NCBI GenBank assembly: GCA_051889995.1 | Contig: JBJFDL010000003.1 | Span: 14,020 to 78,019 of the forward strand | Source: Christensenellales bacterium | GTDB lineage: Bacteria; Bacillota; Clostridia; Christensenellales; UBA1242 | Length of the DNA: 64,000 nt | Reading direction: 5' to 3' | Shown here: positions 36,640-46,947 of the stretch, piece after piece | How positions within the stretch are numbered: the first letter of the stretch is position 1 | Layout of the letters: the number at the start of each line of letters is the position of its first letter | The notes under the pieces: generated by a model | Databases searched by the model: none | What the model was told of the DNA's origin: nothing | Seen by the model: the letters and a program-made list of their open reading frames with translations, nothing else | Made by a program: the position numbers and the translations under genes

Positions 36640-39600
36640 ATGAAGAAATTTTTAAAGAAAATTACAAATGCAACATACAAAACATTGTCAATGGTTGTTA
36701 TATGTGCAATCGCCTTTTTAGGTTTGTTGTCTGCACCATTAATGACAATTGTTCAAAATGTAATGGCAGAAAAAGTTACTGCATACTCTTCAGCTCTAAC
36801 TTTATTAAAAATGCCTAAAACAGCTAAATTAAGTGAAAACATCACAATTCCTTTTGGAAAAACTGATACTCTTACAGATGTTACAACAGTTCAAATTTTC
36901 AATCCAAAGGGTGTGTTAGTATTTAAAAGAACAGGAACAGCAGAACCAACAACTAATGATATTTCTGTTAATATTAATAATGTGGATGAAACATATACTT
37001 TCAAGGCTACAAGCGTTGGGGTTTATAAAGTTCAATATTCAGTTGAAAGCACAGAATATGCAAATATTTCAACACAAGAATATAAAATTAATGTAACTGG
37101 AGTAAAACCTGAAATAGAATTTGAAGAGAATTCTAAAGAAATGATACCTAGTGTAACGAATGGTGATTATCAAATTATTCTTCCTTTTCCAACAGTTAAG
37201 GATAGTGAAGGAAATGATGTTGATTTAGCAGATGTTAAACAAAACATTGATATCACAATTAAAAACACTGCAGACAATAAAACATATTCAGGTAGTCTTG
37301 CTGGTATGGAAGGAAATATTATCACTAAAACAAGTGATGGCTATTATGCATTCACACCATCTGGAGATATTGATGGAACATATGTTGTAACATACACATA
37401 TACAGATGCTAATGGCTTAAAAGCAACTGAAGTGTTCGAAATTGCTTATGAAAAAGAATTTGATGCTAGCGAAATTGAATTAGGTTATAAATTTAATGGT
37501 TCAATACCAGAAAGTATGGAATTAGGTGTTGAGGCAAACCTACCATCATTTTCTGTTTATGATAAAAATGATGCAGATTTAAAACTAGCTTCTTACACTG
37601 AAGTTGAAGTTGCATTTATTCCTAATGCTTCAAACTTAAGTAAATATGAATCTAAACTAGCAGATGGAAAAAACTATGTTGTTGTTGCTAATACATTTGA
37701 CTTTACACCAATGTATCCTACAACAGACGGCGTTTATAGAATTACTTACAAAATTTCTAGTTTCTATTCAAAATCTGAAGGAAAAGTAGATGAAACTTTA
37801 GTTTATACAATTAATGATGTTAAAGATAGCACTGCTCCAACAACTTACGCTGTAAGCGATTATAGCTCTTTCGTTAATAAAGAAGGTGATAGCGTTACAG
37901 GCGTTAAAGAAGAATATGAGATAGATGAAATCGCATACACAATTCCTTCAAAAGTTGCAACAGGAACAGTTGTATACCTACCAGCAATATTCGCTGAAGA
38001 TAACTATTCAAGTTATGAGAGTATGTATAGTAGTTTAAAAAGAGTAATCGTTCCTGAAAGTGGTTCAAACATTACAGTAACAACTTGCTTAAAAGACGTT
38101 AGTGGCGAATTAAAAAATGTTGAAGTAGCACCTTATGAAATTGCTTCTTACAAATTTGAAAAGCCAGGCACATACACAATTCGTTATGAAGCAACAGATG
38201 AAGCAAATAAATATAACTACACTGGAACAAACTTTACAATCGTTGTTGAAGATGGTTTTGTAGATAGTCTTGCTCCAAAAATTACAATGACGGGAATCCC
38301 AACAACTGCTAAAGCAGGGGAAACTGTTTCATTCGTTAAACCAACAGCAGTTGACTATACAACAACATCAAGCACAAATAGTGAAATTTCAGATAAAAAT
38401 CTTGAAGTTGCTTACTATTATTATCAAGAGAGCACTCTTACTGAACCTTTAGAAGATATTTTAAGCAATAGAAATGAAAGTGGAGTTTTAAATAAACTTG
38501 AAGAAGACAAAGACGATAGCACAAAACTTTCTTTTGTAGCACCTTTAAGCAATGTTGTAGTTGTTGCAGTTGCTTATGACGATGCAGGAAATATGGGTTA
38601 TCAAACAAAAACAATTTCTATCATTGATATTAATGACGATGTTGCTCCAACTATCACAACAAACTCAGCTACTTACTCAACTGATTTAACAACTGATAAT
38701 ACTTTAGAACAAGATGAAAAAATTTCATTACCTGATTTTGAAGTAAGTGATGGAGTTAATACAAAATATTTATCAGGAAATGTAACTGTATATGATAAAG
38801 ATGGCAATAAAGTTAGCGTAACTGGTGCTAAATATACAGTTGATGGAACTAAATACACAATCGAAAATGCAAAATTCATTGCATCAAAAGCTGGAGATTA
38901 CACAATTGTTTACACAATTTCTGATATTGGAGGAAATTATCTTGTAAAATCATATTTCTTAACAATTGCAGATACAATTGCTCCAACAATTGAATTAAAT
39001 GGCTTATTAGATACTGTTGAAGTTGGTGAAACAATCACAATGCCATCAGTAACAGTAAGAGATAATGGTGAAATTTTAGATGTTCCAGGAAAAATTAGAT
39101 TTATTGGTGATAATAATCCAAGTTATTCATGGAACGAAGGAACAATGGAATTTACTGCATTAGAATCTGGTATATTCACTTATGAATATTTCGCTGAAGA
39201 CGGTGCAGGACATGAAACTATAAGTGGTCCTTACACATTTGAAGCAAAAGATACTATCAAACCAATAATTGAATTAGATGACAATTTGGATATATATTAT
39301 CCAATAACAAAAGATGCTGACGATAATAACGAAGCAATTGTTATTCCTGGATTTACTGCAACAGATGAACTAAATGATATCAAAGAAACAAAGGTTGTAG
39401 TTAAATCTCCAAGCGAAAAATCATTAACTGTTACTGAAGTTGAAGGCGGATATTCATTTATCCCAACAACAGATGGAATTTACACAGTAACTTATTATGC
39501 TACTGACGTTGCTAATAACACAACAGAATTGTCTTTCTCAATAAAAATTGGTGATAACACTTCTCCTTCAGTAGTTATTGATAATGAGAGTGCCAATGCT

Positions 39601-40056
39601 CCAGCAGAAATGAAAGCAGGTAGCATTTTAAAATTAAGTTTAGAAGATATTTTAGTAAGTGATGCTGGTGAGGAGTTAACTGCAGAAGAATTAACAAGTC
39701 TTAACACAAACAATGGTCTATCAAGATTTGTTGTTAATGTAACTGGTCCAAATGGCTCAACTGTTTCAGCTGAAGAAGGAAGCGAGTATGAATACAAACT
39801 TACTTCATCTGGAAAATACACAATCACTTATACTGCAAGAGATGAGGCTGGAAACGAAAAAATAATTAAAAAATACATTCAAGTTTCAGCAGATGATAAC
39901 GATTCAGTTGTTACAACTGAAACATGGAGTATCGTTCTAATTATTGTAAGTTTATGTATTTTAGCTGGCGTTGTTATTTATTTCATTAAAACAAGAGATA
40001 AAAAAGGCACTAAAAAAATAGCTTCTAGTGAAACAAAAAAAGAAGATAAAGAATAA
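36640..40056 (+). CDS. Large cell-surface protein with about 9 Ig-like (HYR/DUF5011-like) repeats, an N-terminal signal peptide and a C-terminal TM anchor
   Basis: 1138 aa with a signal peptide (MKKFLKK...VMAEK). Domain starts recur as D-x-x-A/K-P-x-I (DSLAPKITM, DDVAPTITT, DTIAPTIEL, DTIKPIIEL, DNTSPSVVI). Domain ends recur as Y-T-[IV]-x-Y-x-A-x-D-x-A-G-N-like. The TM segment lies at about 39922-39990 and is followed by a K-rich tail. Confidence 0.75.
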   Translation: MKKFLKKITNATYKTLSMVVICAIAFLGLLSAPLMTIVQNVMAEKVTAYSSALTLLKMPKTAKLSENITIPFGKTDTLTDVTTVQIFNPKGVLVFKRTGTAEPTTNDISVNINNVDETYTFKATSVGVYKVQYSVESTEYANISTQEYKINVTGVKPEIEFEENSKEMIPSVTNGDYQIILPFPTVKDSEGNDVDLADVKQNIDITIKNTADNKTYSGSLAGMEGNIITKTSDGYYAFTPSGDIDGTYVVTYTYTDANGLKATEVFEIAYEKEFDASEIELGYKFNGSIPESMELGVEANLPSFSVYDKNDADLKLASYTEVEVAFIPNASNLSKYESKLADGKNYVVVANTFDFTPMYPTTDGVYRITYKISSFYSKSEGKVDETLVYTINDVKDSTAPTTYAVSDYSSFVNKEGDSVTGVKEEYEIDEIAYTIPSKVATGTVVYLPAIFAEDNYSSYESMYSSLKRVIVPESGSNITVTTCLKDVSGELKNVEVAPYEIASYKFEKPGTYTIRYEATDEANKYNYTGTNFTIVVEDGFVDSLAPKITMTGIPTTAKAGETVSFVKPTAVDYTTTSSTNSEISDKNLEVAYYYYQESTLTEPLEDILSNRNESGVLNKLEEDKDDSTKLSFVAPLSNVVVVAVAYDDAGNMGYQTKTISIIDINDDVAPTITTNSATYSTDLTTDNTLEQDEKISLPDFEVSDGVNTKYLSGNVTVYDKDGNKVSVTGAKYTVDGTKYTIENAKFIASKAGDYTIVYTISDIGGNYLVKSYFLTIADTIAPTIELNGLLDTVEVGETITMPSVTVRDNGEILDVPGKIRFIGDNNPSYSWNEGTMEFTALESGIFTYEYFAEDGAGHETISGPYTFEAKDTIKPIIELDDNLDIYYPITKDADDNNEAIVIPGFTATDELNDIKETKVVVKSPSEKSLTVTEVEGGYSFIPTTDGIYTVTYYATDVANNTTELSFSIKIGDNTSPSVVIDNESANAPAEMKAGSILKLSLEDILVSDAGEELTAEELTSLNTNNGLSRFVVNVTGPNGSTVSAEEGSEYEYKLTSSGKYTITYTARDEAGNEKIIKKYIQVSADDNDSVVTTETWSIVLIIVSLCILAGVVIYFIKTRDKKGTKKIASSETKKEDKE

Positions 40057-40065
40057 TAATTAAAA

Positions 40066-40095
40066 AATCTCATATTTAAATATGGGATTTTTTTT
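40066..40095 (+). terminator. Rho-independent terminator
   Basis: aatctcata/tatgggatt followed by a T8 run. Confidence 0.75.
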
Positions 40096-40120
40096 GCCTT
40101 AAAAAAAATAAATTAATCAC

Positions 40121-40149
40121 TTGATAAAAGTTTATTTATTTGTTAAAAT
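40121..40149 (+). promoter_or_regulatory. Sigma-A promoter placed for a leaderless mRNA (tail-anchored wHTH gene 1)
   Basis: TTGATA(40121-26), a 17-nt spacer, then TGtTAAAAT(40141-49). The ATG at 40156 is 6 nt downstream and there is no SD. Confidence 0.5.
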
Positions 40150-40155
40150 ATATTT

Positions 40156-40518
40156 ATGTTAAATAAAAATGCTAATAATTTATTAAAATTTTTGTGTGAA
40201 AATGATAAAAAAGGGGAATATGTAGTTTTATCTTTTGAAGATATAAAATCTAGCTGTAATATAAGCGACTTTGAAGAATTAAATAAATTGATTAAAATCT
40301 TAAAAGACGAAGAATATGTTCTTGTAAAATATATAGATGAAGATGCAATTTGTTATACAGTAACAGGCAAATTGAAAAATAAATTTTCAGATAGTAATAA
40401 CTATGACGACACATTAAAAACTCAAAAAAATTTCTTTATAATTCAAATTATTCTTTCAGCACTTTTTTCTTTTTTAGGTTCATTTATTGCAGTATTAATT
40501 TTGTATTATATTATATAG
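40156..40518 (+). CDS. Tail-anchored small protein with a winged-helix-like N-domain (paralog 1)
   Basis: 120 aa. A soluble N-terminal part of about 90 aa is followed by a single TM helix that ends at the last residue (FFIIQIILSALFSFLGSFIAVLILYYII). Confidence 0.55.
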   Translation: MLNKNANNLLKFLCENDKKGEYVVLSFEDIKSSCNISDFEELNKLIKILKDEEYVLVKYIDEDAICYTVTGKLKNKFSDSNNYDDTLKTQKNFFIIQIILSALFSFLGSFIAVLILYYII

Positions 40519-40527
40519 GAGAAGATT

Positions 40528-40890
40528 ATGCTAACCAAAGTTGAAAAACAAATCATGAAGTTTTTTTATAGTCGTTGTTTTAATAAAGAAAGTTGTTTAA
40601 TAAAACCAGATGATATAAAATTAAGTTTAATTCCAGATTATGAGATTAGTGATATGGAATTAGATAAAGCAGTTAATAACTTAATTCTAGATGGTTATAT
40701 TGATTTAATTGTTTCTGATAATAAAGGGACACCAGTGTATTGTGTAAGCCTTAAAAATAAAGGACAAGCTTTTTTGCGAGAAATGGAAAATACTAAAAAA
40801 GAAAATAGATATTTGGTTGTTCGTTCGATTGCACTTGCACTTTTAGGTCTTGCATTCACTTGGCTCATAAGAATAATTTTTAATTTTTAA
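40528..40890 (+). CDS. Tail-anchored small protein with a winged-helix-like N-domain (paralog 2)
   Basis: 120 aa with SD aggaga. It has the same architecture as the upstream gene, and the TM segment LVVRSIALALLGLAFTWLIRIIFNF lies at the extreme C-terminus. Confidence 0.6.
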   Translation: MLTKVEKQIMKFFYSRCFNKESCLIKPDDIKLSLIPDYEISDMELDKAVNNLILDGYIDLIVSDNKGTPVYCVSLKNKGQAFLREMENTKKENRYLVVRSIALALLGLAFTWLIRIIFNF

Positions 40891-40908
40891 CGGCTTTTGC
40901 CGTTTTTT
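40890..40908 (+). terminator. Rho-independent terminator
   Basis: acggc-tttt-gccgt followed by a T6 run. Confidence 0.7.
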
Positions 40909-40949
40909 ATTTAAATTATTATAATTTAATTTATTCTTTTCTTTATTAG

Positions 40950-40958
40950 TGTTATAAT
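40950..40958 (+). promoter_or_regulatory. Extended -10 element placed for a leaderless uvrB mRNA
   Basis: TGtTATAAT(40950-58) lies 6 nt before the uvrB ATG at 40965. There is no SD. Confidence 0.45.
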
Positions 40959-40964
40959 ATCAAT

Positions 40965-42935
40965 ATGGATTATTCTCATAAATTTGAAGTTGTTAGTAAG
41001 TTTACTCCAAGTGGTGACCAGCCTAAAGCAATTGAAAAGCTCGTTGAAGGTATTGAAGATGGTTTAAAAAGTCAAGTTTTGCTGGGCGTAACTGGTAGTG
41101 GTAAAACTTATACTATGGCAAAAGTGATTGAAAAATTAAACAGACCAGTTTTGGTTCTTGCTCATAATAAAACTTTAGCGGCACAATTATGTAATGAATT
41201 TCGTGAATTTTTTCCTAATAACAGGGTAGAATTTTTCGTTAGTTATTATGATTATTATCAACCCGAAGCCTATATTGTTTCTAGTGATACTTATATTGAA
41301 AAAGATATGAGCATAAATGATGACATAGATAAATTACGACACAGTGCAACCTGTTCTTTATTAGAGAGAAATGATACAATTGTTGTGTCTTCCGTATCAT
41401 GCATTTATGGTTTAGGAAGTCCTGAAGAGTATTCTGGGCTTCAAATTTCGCTTAGGACTGGCGAAAAATTAGGACGCGACAATTTAATTAGCAGATTGGT
41501 TAATATTCAATATGAACGAAATGATATGGATTTTAAGCGTGCCACTTTTAGAGTGAGAGGAGATATTGTAGAGGTAATACCTGCATATACTTCTAATTTT
41601 TCATATCGTGTTGAATTTTTTGGAGATGAAATAGAACAAATTAGCGAAATTGATTTTATTACTGGAAGAATAATATCCAAATTATCACATTTGGCCATAT
41701 ATCCGGCAAGTCACTACGCCGTAGGAAGCGAAAAATTATTAAATGTTTTAAAAGTCATAGAAAAAGATGCCGAGAAAGAAGTCGAAGATTTAAGATTGCA
41801 GGGAAAACTGTTAGAAGCAGAAAGATTAAAACAAAGAACAAATTATGATATTGAAATGATGCGCGAAATGGGATATTGCAATGGTATAGAAAATTATTCT
41901 CGATATTTCGATGGAAGAAAAGTCGGTGAACCCCCTTTTACTCTAATTGACTATTTTAATAAGAATTTTGTTTTATTTGTTGATGAAAGTCATATAACAA
42001 TACCACAAATAAGAGCGATGTATAATGGTGATAGAAGCAGAAAAGTGAATTTGGTAGATTACGGATTTAGATTGAAATCTAGTTATGATAACAGACCTTT
42101 AAAATTTGATGAGTTTAATGATAAATTGGGGCAAGTTATATATGTTTCTGCAACACCTAATGAATATGAGTTAAAAAAGGCAGGACAAGTAGTTGAACAA
42201 ATCATTAGACCTACTGGACTTTTGGACCCAGAGGTTGAAGTTCGAAAAACAGAAGGGCAAATTGATGATTTAATTTCGCAAATTAACGAAGTTATTAAGA
42301 AAAATGGTAGAGTTTTAGTTACAACTTTAACAAAGAAAATGAGTGAAGCCCTTACGGGATATTTGCTTGATTATGGCATTAAAGTAAAATATTTACACAG
42401 TGAAATCGACACTTTAGAGAGAATTGATATTATTAATTCGCTAAGAAGTGGAGAAATTGATGTTATTGTTGGAATTAATCTGTTGCGTGAAGGACTTGAT
42501 ATTCCAGAAGTTATGCTTGTTGCAATATTGGATGCAGATAAAGAAGGATTTTTGCGTAGTGAAACATCATTAATTCAAACAATAGGAAGAGCAGCCAGAA
42601 ATAGTGAAGCAAAGGTTATTATGTATGCTGATACAATAACAAAAAGTATGAAAAAGGCAATCGATGAAACAGAGCGAAGAAGAAAAATTCAGCAAGAATA
42701 TAATAAAAAACATAATATTGTTCCAAAAACAATCATAAAAGATGTGAAAAACACGCTTGAAATCGCCAAAAAGGTCGATAATTCGGTTGAAAAGATAAAT
42801 ATTAAAGAAATACCTAAGAAAATAGAATTGTTGCAAGGACTGATGAAACAAGCCTCTCAAAGTTTAGATTTTGAATTAGCAATTAAATATAGGGAAGATA
42901 TTAAAGAGCTAAAAAAGATATTAGGAGAAAAGTGA
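40965..42935 (+). CDS. uvrB: Excinuclease ABC subunit B
   Basis: [15 protein letters not shown], and a C-terminal UVR domain. Confidence 0.97.
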   Translation: MDYSHKFEVVSKFTPSGDQPKAIEKLVEGIEDGLKSQVLLGVTGSGKTYTMAKVIEKLNRPVLVLAHNKTLAAQLCNEFREFFPNNRVEFFVSYYDYYQPEAYIVSSDTYIEKDMSINDDIDKLRHSATCSLLERNDTIVVSSVSCIYGLGSPEEYSGLQISLRTGEKLGRDNLISRLVNIQYERNDMDFKRATFRVRGDIVEVIPAYTSNFSYRVEFFGDEIEQISEIDFITGRIISKLSHLAIYPASHYAVGSEKLLNVLKVIEKDAEKEVEDLRLQGKLLEAERLKQRTNYDIEMMREMGYCNGIENYSRYFDGRKVGEPPFTLIDYFNKNFVLFVDESHITIPQIRAMYNGDRSRKVNLVDYGFRLKSSYDNRPLKFDEFNDKLGQVIYVSATPNEYELKKAGQVVEQIIRPTGLLDPEVEVRKTEGQIDDLISQINEVIKKNGRVLVTTLTKKMSEALTGYLLDYGIKVKYLHSEIDTLERIDIINSLRSGEIDVIVGINLLREGLDIPEVMLVAILDADKEGFLRSETSLIQTIGRAARNSEAKVIMYADTITKSMKKAIDETERRRKIQQEYNKKHNIVPKTIIKDVKNTLEIAKKVDNSVEKINIKEIPKKIELLQGLMKQASQSLDFELAIKYREDIKELKKILGEK

Positions 42936-45763
42936 TGGACGAATATATAAAAGTCATTGGTGCGAAAGAGAATAATTTAAAAAATATTAATGTAACATTG
43001 CCAAGAAATAAATTAATCGTTTTTACGGGAGTTAGTGGAAGTGGTAAAAGCACGCTTGCTTTTGACACTATTTTTGCAGAAGGTCAAAGAAAATTTATGG
43101 AAAGTTTATCAACTTATGCAAGACAATTTTTAGGACAAATGCAAAAACCAAATGTTGAATTAATTGAAGGACTTTCACCTAGTATTGCAATAGACCAAAA
43201 AAGCACATCGCAAAATCCTCGTTCAACTGTTGGAACTGTAACCGAAATTTATGATTATTTAAGATTACTTTATGCTAATATTGGTGTTCCTTATTGTGTA
43301 AATTGTCACAAACCAATTAAAAGGCAAACTGTTGACCAAATTGTCGATAAAGTAAAAGAAATTAATTTAGGCGAAAAAATATTAATAGAAGCACCAGTTG
43401 TTAAACAAGAAAAAGGGACATTCGCAAAGTTTTTTGAAAGTTTAAAAAAGAGTGGATATATTCGTGTTAAGGTTGATGACAATATTTATACTTTAGATGA
43501 AGAAATTTCGCTCGATAAAAACATTAAACATACAATTAATGTTGTTCTTGATAGAATAATTTTAAAAGAAGATAGTTTTGGTAGAATTGAAGAAAGCATT
43601 GAAAATGCAATTAAACTTTCAGAAGGAAAAGTTATAATTGAACACAATGGTGAAGAAATTTTATATTCAACTAATTTTGCTTGTCCTGAATGTGGGTATA
43701 GTTATAGTGAAATTTCACCAAGGCTTTTCAGTTTTAATAATCCTTTTGGCGCTTGTCCAGAATGTTCAGGTCTAGGTTTTAAACAACAAATAGATGAAAG
43801 TCTAATATTATCAAAGCCTAATTTGACATTAAGAGAAGGGGCATTAACAATCTCTGGATGGAATTTAGATTCATCTGCTAATGCCATTTCACAATTTATT
43901 GCATTAAGTAAAAAGTATGGATTTAGTATGGACGTTCCTGTGAAGGAATTACCAAAAGATATCATTCATTTGTTACTATACGGAACCAATGAAGAGATTG
44001 AAGTTAGTTACAAATCTAAAAAATTTGAAACAAAATATAACACTAAATTTGAAGGAGTTATTCCAAATTTAGAACGTAGGTTTAGGGAAACAACCAGTGA
44101 TTATATCAAGAGTGAAATTCAAAAATATATGAAAACTACACCTTGTAATTGTTGTCATGGCAAGAAACTAAATAAAGAAGCTTTAAATGTTTTTATAAAC
44201 AAAAAAAATATAGCTGATTTTTGTGATATGAGCATAGATGAAGCTAGTAATTTTATAGATAATTTAAAATTAAATAAAACTGAAGAAATAATTGTTGAAA
44301 ATATTTTCAAAGAAATAAAAACAAGATTTAGCTTTTTAAAAAATGTTGGATTAAATTATTTAACACTTTCAAGAGGAAGTGCCACACTTTCTGGTGGTGA
44401 AAGTCAAAGAATAAGACTTGCCACGCAAATTGGTAGTGGTTTAGTAGGTGTTTTATATATTTTAGATGAACCAAGCATAGGCTTGCATCAAAAAGATAAT
44501 GATAAACTGATAGACACTCTTAAAAAACTAAGAGATTTAGGAAACACAATTATTGTTGTTGAACACGACGAAGATACAATTAGAAGTGCCGATTATATTG
44601 TGGATATTGGAAAATATGCTGGAAAGTTGGGGGGAGAAGTTGTAGCTCAAGGAACACTCGAAGAAATTTTAAAAAGTAAAGATAGTATCACTGCTAAATT
44701 TTTGCGTGGCGAAGATAAAATTGAAATTCCAACAATAAGACGAAAAACTGATAATGGTTTTATTGAAATTGTTGGAGCTAATTTAAACAATTTAAAAAAT
44801 ATTAATGTTAAAATTCCATTGAAAACATTAACTGTTGTAACTGGAGTTAGTGGTAGTGGTAAAAGTACACTTGTTAATGATACATTATTTCCTAATGTTT
44901 ATAATTTAACTAATAAAAAAGAAGTAAACAGTTTTGTTGGTTGTAAGAAAGTGTTAGGTGTTTGTGATGATACTATTGATAAAGTGATAAACATTGACCA
45001 AACACCAATAGGAAGAACACCAAGAAGCAATCCGGCAACCTACACGGGTTTGTTCACTTACATTAGAGAATTATTTGCTCAAGTAGAACTAAGTAAAATG
45101 AGAGGATATAATCAAGGTAGATTTAGTTTTAATGTTGCTGGTGGCAGATGTGAAGCTTGTCAAGGTGATGGAATTAAGAAGATTGAAATGTATTTTTTAC
45201 CAGATGTTTATGTTCCTTGTGAAGTTTGTAAAGGACACAGATATAATAGAGAAACGCTCGAAGTTAAATTTAAAGGAAAGACAATTGCTGATGTTTTAGA
45301 AATGACTATTGAAGAAGCTTTAGAGTTCTTTGAAAACTTTACTAACATAAAAAATAAACTACAAACCTTAGTTGACGTTGGACTAGGATATATTAAACTA
45401 GGGCAAAGTGCAACAACACTTTCAGGGGGAGAAGCGCAAAGAGTGAAACTTGCAACTGAACTTTGTCGTAAAAGCACTGGAAAAACATTATATATATTAG
45501 ACGAGCCAACTACGGGTTTGCATATTTATGATGTCAAAAAACTTTCTAATATTTTACAAAGACTTGTTGATGCTGGAAATACTTGTGTTGTTATAGAACA
45601 CAATTTAGACATTATAAAAACAGCCGATTATATTATAGATTTAGGGAAAGACGGCGGAGATAATGGTGGAACAATTATAGCAACAGGAACGCCTGAAGAA
45701 ATAGCAAAAAATAAAGAGAGTTATACAGGTATATATTTAAAAAAGATTTTAAAAAATAATTAA
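42932..45763 (+). CDS. uvrA: Excinuclease ABC subunit A
   Basis: Two ABC modules (GVSGSGKST appears twice) and Zn fingers ([12 protein letters not shown] and [12 protein letters not shown]). It overlaps uvrB by 4 nt. Confidence 0.97.
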   Translation: MMDEYIKVIGAKENNLKNINVTLPRNKLIVFTGVSGSGKSTLAFDTIFAEGQRKFMESLSTYARQFLGQMQKPNVELIEGLSPSIAIDQKSTSQNPRSTVGTVTEIYDYLRLLYANIGVPYCVNCHKPIKRQTVDQIVDKVKEINLGEKILIEAPVVKQEKGTFAKFFESLKKSGYIRVKVDDNIYTLDEEISLDKNIKHTINVVLDRIILKEDSFGRIEESIENAIKLSEGKVIIEHNGEEILYSTNFACPECGYSYSEISPRLFSFNNPFGACPECSGLGFKQQIDESLILSKPNLTLREGALTISGWNLDSSANAISQFIALSKKYGFSMDVPVKELPKDIIHLLLYGTNEEIEVSYKSKKFETKYNTKFEGVIPNLERRFRETTSDYIKSEIQKYMKTTPCNCCHGKKLNKEALNVFINKKNIADFCDMSIDEASNFIDNLKLNKTEEIIVENIFKEIKTRFSFLKNVGLNYLTLSRGSATLSGGESQRIRLATQIGSGLVGVLYILDEPSIGLHQKDNDKLIDTLKKLRDLGNTIIVVEHDEDTIRSADYIVDIGKYAGKLGGEVVAQGTLEEILKSKDSITAKFLRGEDKIEIPTIRRKTDNGFIEIVGANLNNLKNINVKIPLKTLTVVTGVSGSGKSTLVNDTLFPNVYNLTNKKEVNSFVGCKKVLGVCDDTIDKVINIDQTPIGRTPRSNPATYTGLFTYIRELFAQVELSKMRGYNQGRFSFNVAGGRCEACQGDGIKKIEMYFLPDVYVPCEVCKGHRYNRETLEVKFKGKTIADVLEMTIEEALEFFENFTNIKNKLQTLVDVGLGYIKLGQSATTLSGGEAQRVKLATELCRKSTGKTLYILDEPTTGLHIYDVKKLSNILQRLVDAGNTCVVIEHNLDIIKTADYIIDLGKDGGDNGGTIIATGTPEEIAKNKESYTGIYLKKILKNN

Positions 45764-45781
45764 AAACAAAAATAATAAAGC

Positions 45782-45815
45782 AAAAATCCTATGCAAATAT
45801 GTTCATAGGATTTTT
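45782..45815. terminator. Bidirectional terminator between uvrA and the DUF4363 gene
   Basis: atcctatg/cataggat flanked by an A5 run and a T5 run. Confidence 0.7.
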
Positions 45816-46203
45816 ATAATATATTTTGAATACTAGGAATTAATATATGAGTGTAACTTTTAGCATAATAAAGTAACAAATCTAATTCTAGCATTAATTC
45901 ATCTTTCTTGTTTTGATTTGAAAGTGTTTTAATTTTGCTAATTTGTTCGCCAGCTTCTTCCATATTAATATGGCTAACAATTATGCAAAAATAATTTTCT
46001 GTTTTTGTCCAAAACTTATCCAAATCATTTATTTTTTCAATAACTATGTTATCATTAACATCAGTAGTTTCATCAACAATTTTAATTAAATTTTCGGTTT
46101 TTCTTTGTAATTCTTTTAAGTTGCTAGATAAAAAATACTCTTCGACTCCACACAATCCCAGCAATAATACAAAAAGTATAATAATGATAAATCCTCTTTT
46201 CAC
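45814..46203 (-). CDS. DUF4363-family protein
   Basis: 129 aa with an N-terminal TM segment. It is typically paired with DUF421 (YetF-like) genes in Clostridia and overlaps the upstream gene by 4 nt. Confidence 0.55.
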   Translation of the reverse strand: MKRGFIIIILFVLLLGLCGVEEYFLSSNLKELQRKTENLIKIVDETTDVNDNIVIEKINDLDKFWTKTENYFCIIVSHINMEEAGEQISKIKTLSNQNKKDELMLELDLLLYYAKSYTHILIPSIQNIL

Positions 46204-46919
46204 CAGTTATCACCACCTTCAAAACTCGTTTTTAATGTAACATAAGGTTTATTTTTAGGTTGAATATACATATTACCATCATTGTCAATAGTAAAAACTA
46301 AAATGTTTTTTATATTACTTTCACCAATTTTTTTAATTTGTCTTAAAAGAAAGTTTTCATCTAGTTTTGCTAGTTGTAAATTTTCTTTCATTATTTTTCC
46401 ATCAGATATAAGCATAACTAAAAGTTTATTTTCAGGTTTAACAATTTTTAAATCTTCAATGGTAACTGGTGTTGATGCAACTTTAGGTATAACTGTAATT
46501 TTCCCATTTGTTTCAACAATTGCATATTCGATATCTTCAAATTTATAATAATTTAAATTTCTTAAGCTTTCTTGAATATCATTTAAATTAAGATTTAACT
46601 TTTTAAGATTTTCGTAATCAATTCCGCTAGGAGATATAACGATGACAGGTTTACCACTTATAATTTTTCTAAAATTTATGCTTTTGCAAATAAGAACGGA
46701 TATTCCAAAATGTATTACAAGAAGCGTTATTAAAGGAACAATCCCATGAATTAAGGGAATAGCAGTATCTGCCATAGGTAATGTTGCTAAATCTGCAACA
46801 ATTAATGTGATAACAAATTCAAATGGTTGCAATTCACCCAATTGTCTTTTGCCCATTAAACGAAAGACAAATAAAACTATTAGATAAATAATTAAACATC
46901 TTGCCAATAAAGTAAACAT
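46200..46919 (-). CDS. DUF421 (YetF/YrbG-like) membrane protein, a spore/germination-associated family
   Basis: The N-terminal TM region has RLMGKRQLGELQPFEFV and VADLA motifs. The C-terminal soluble domain is duplicated. Confidence 0.7.
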   Translation of the reverse strand: MFTLLARCLIIYLIVLFVFRLMGKRQLGELQPFEFVITLIVADLATLPMADTAIPLIHGIVPLITLLVIHFGISVLICKSINFRKIISGKPVIVISPSGIDYENLKKLNLNLNDIQESLRNLNYYKFEDIEYAIVETNGKITVIPKVASTPVTIEDLKIVKPENKLLVMLISDGKIMKENLQLAKLDENFLLRQIKKIGESNIKNILVFTIDNDGNMYIQPKNKPYVTLKTSFEGGDNW

Positions 46920-46947
46920 AAGAGAATTATTTACAAATGTTAAAATA

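Noticed and set aside
40891-40964. I looked for a LexA/DinR SOS box (GAAC-N4-GTTC) upstream of uvrB.
   Set aside because: No GAAC...GTTC-like palindrome is present in the 74-nt upstream region.
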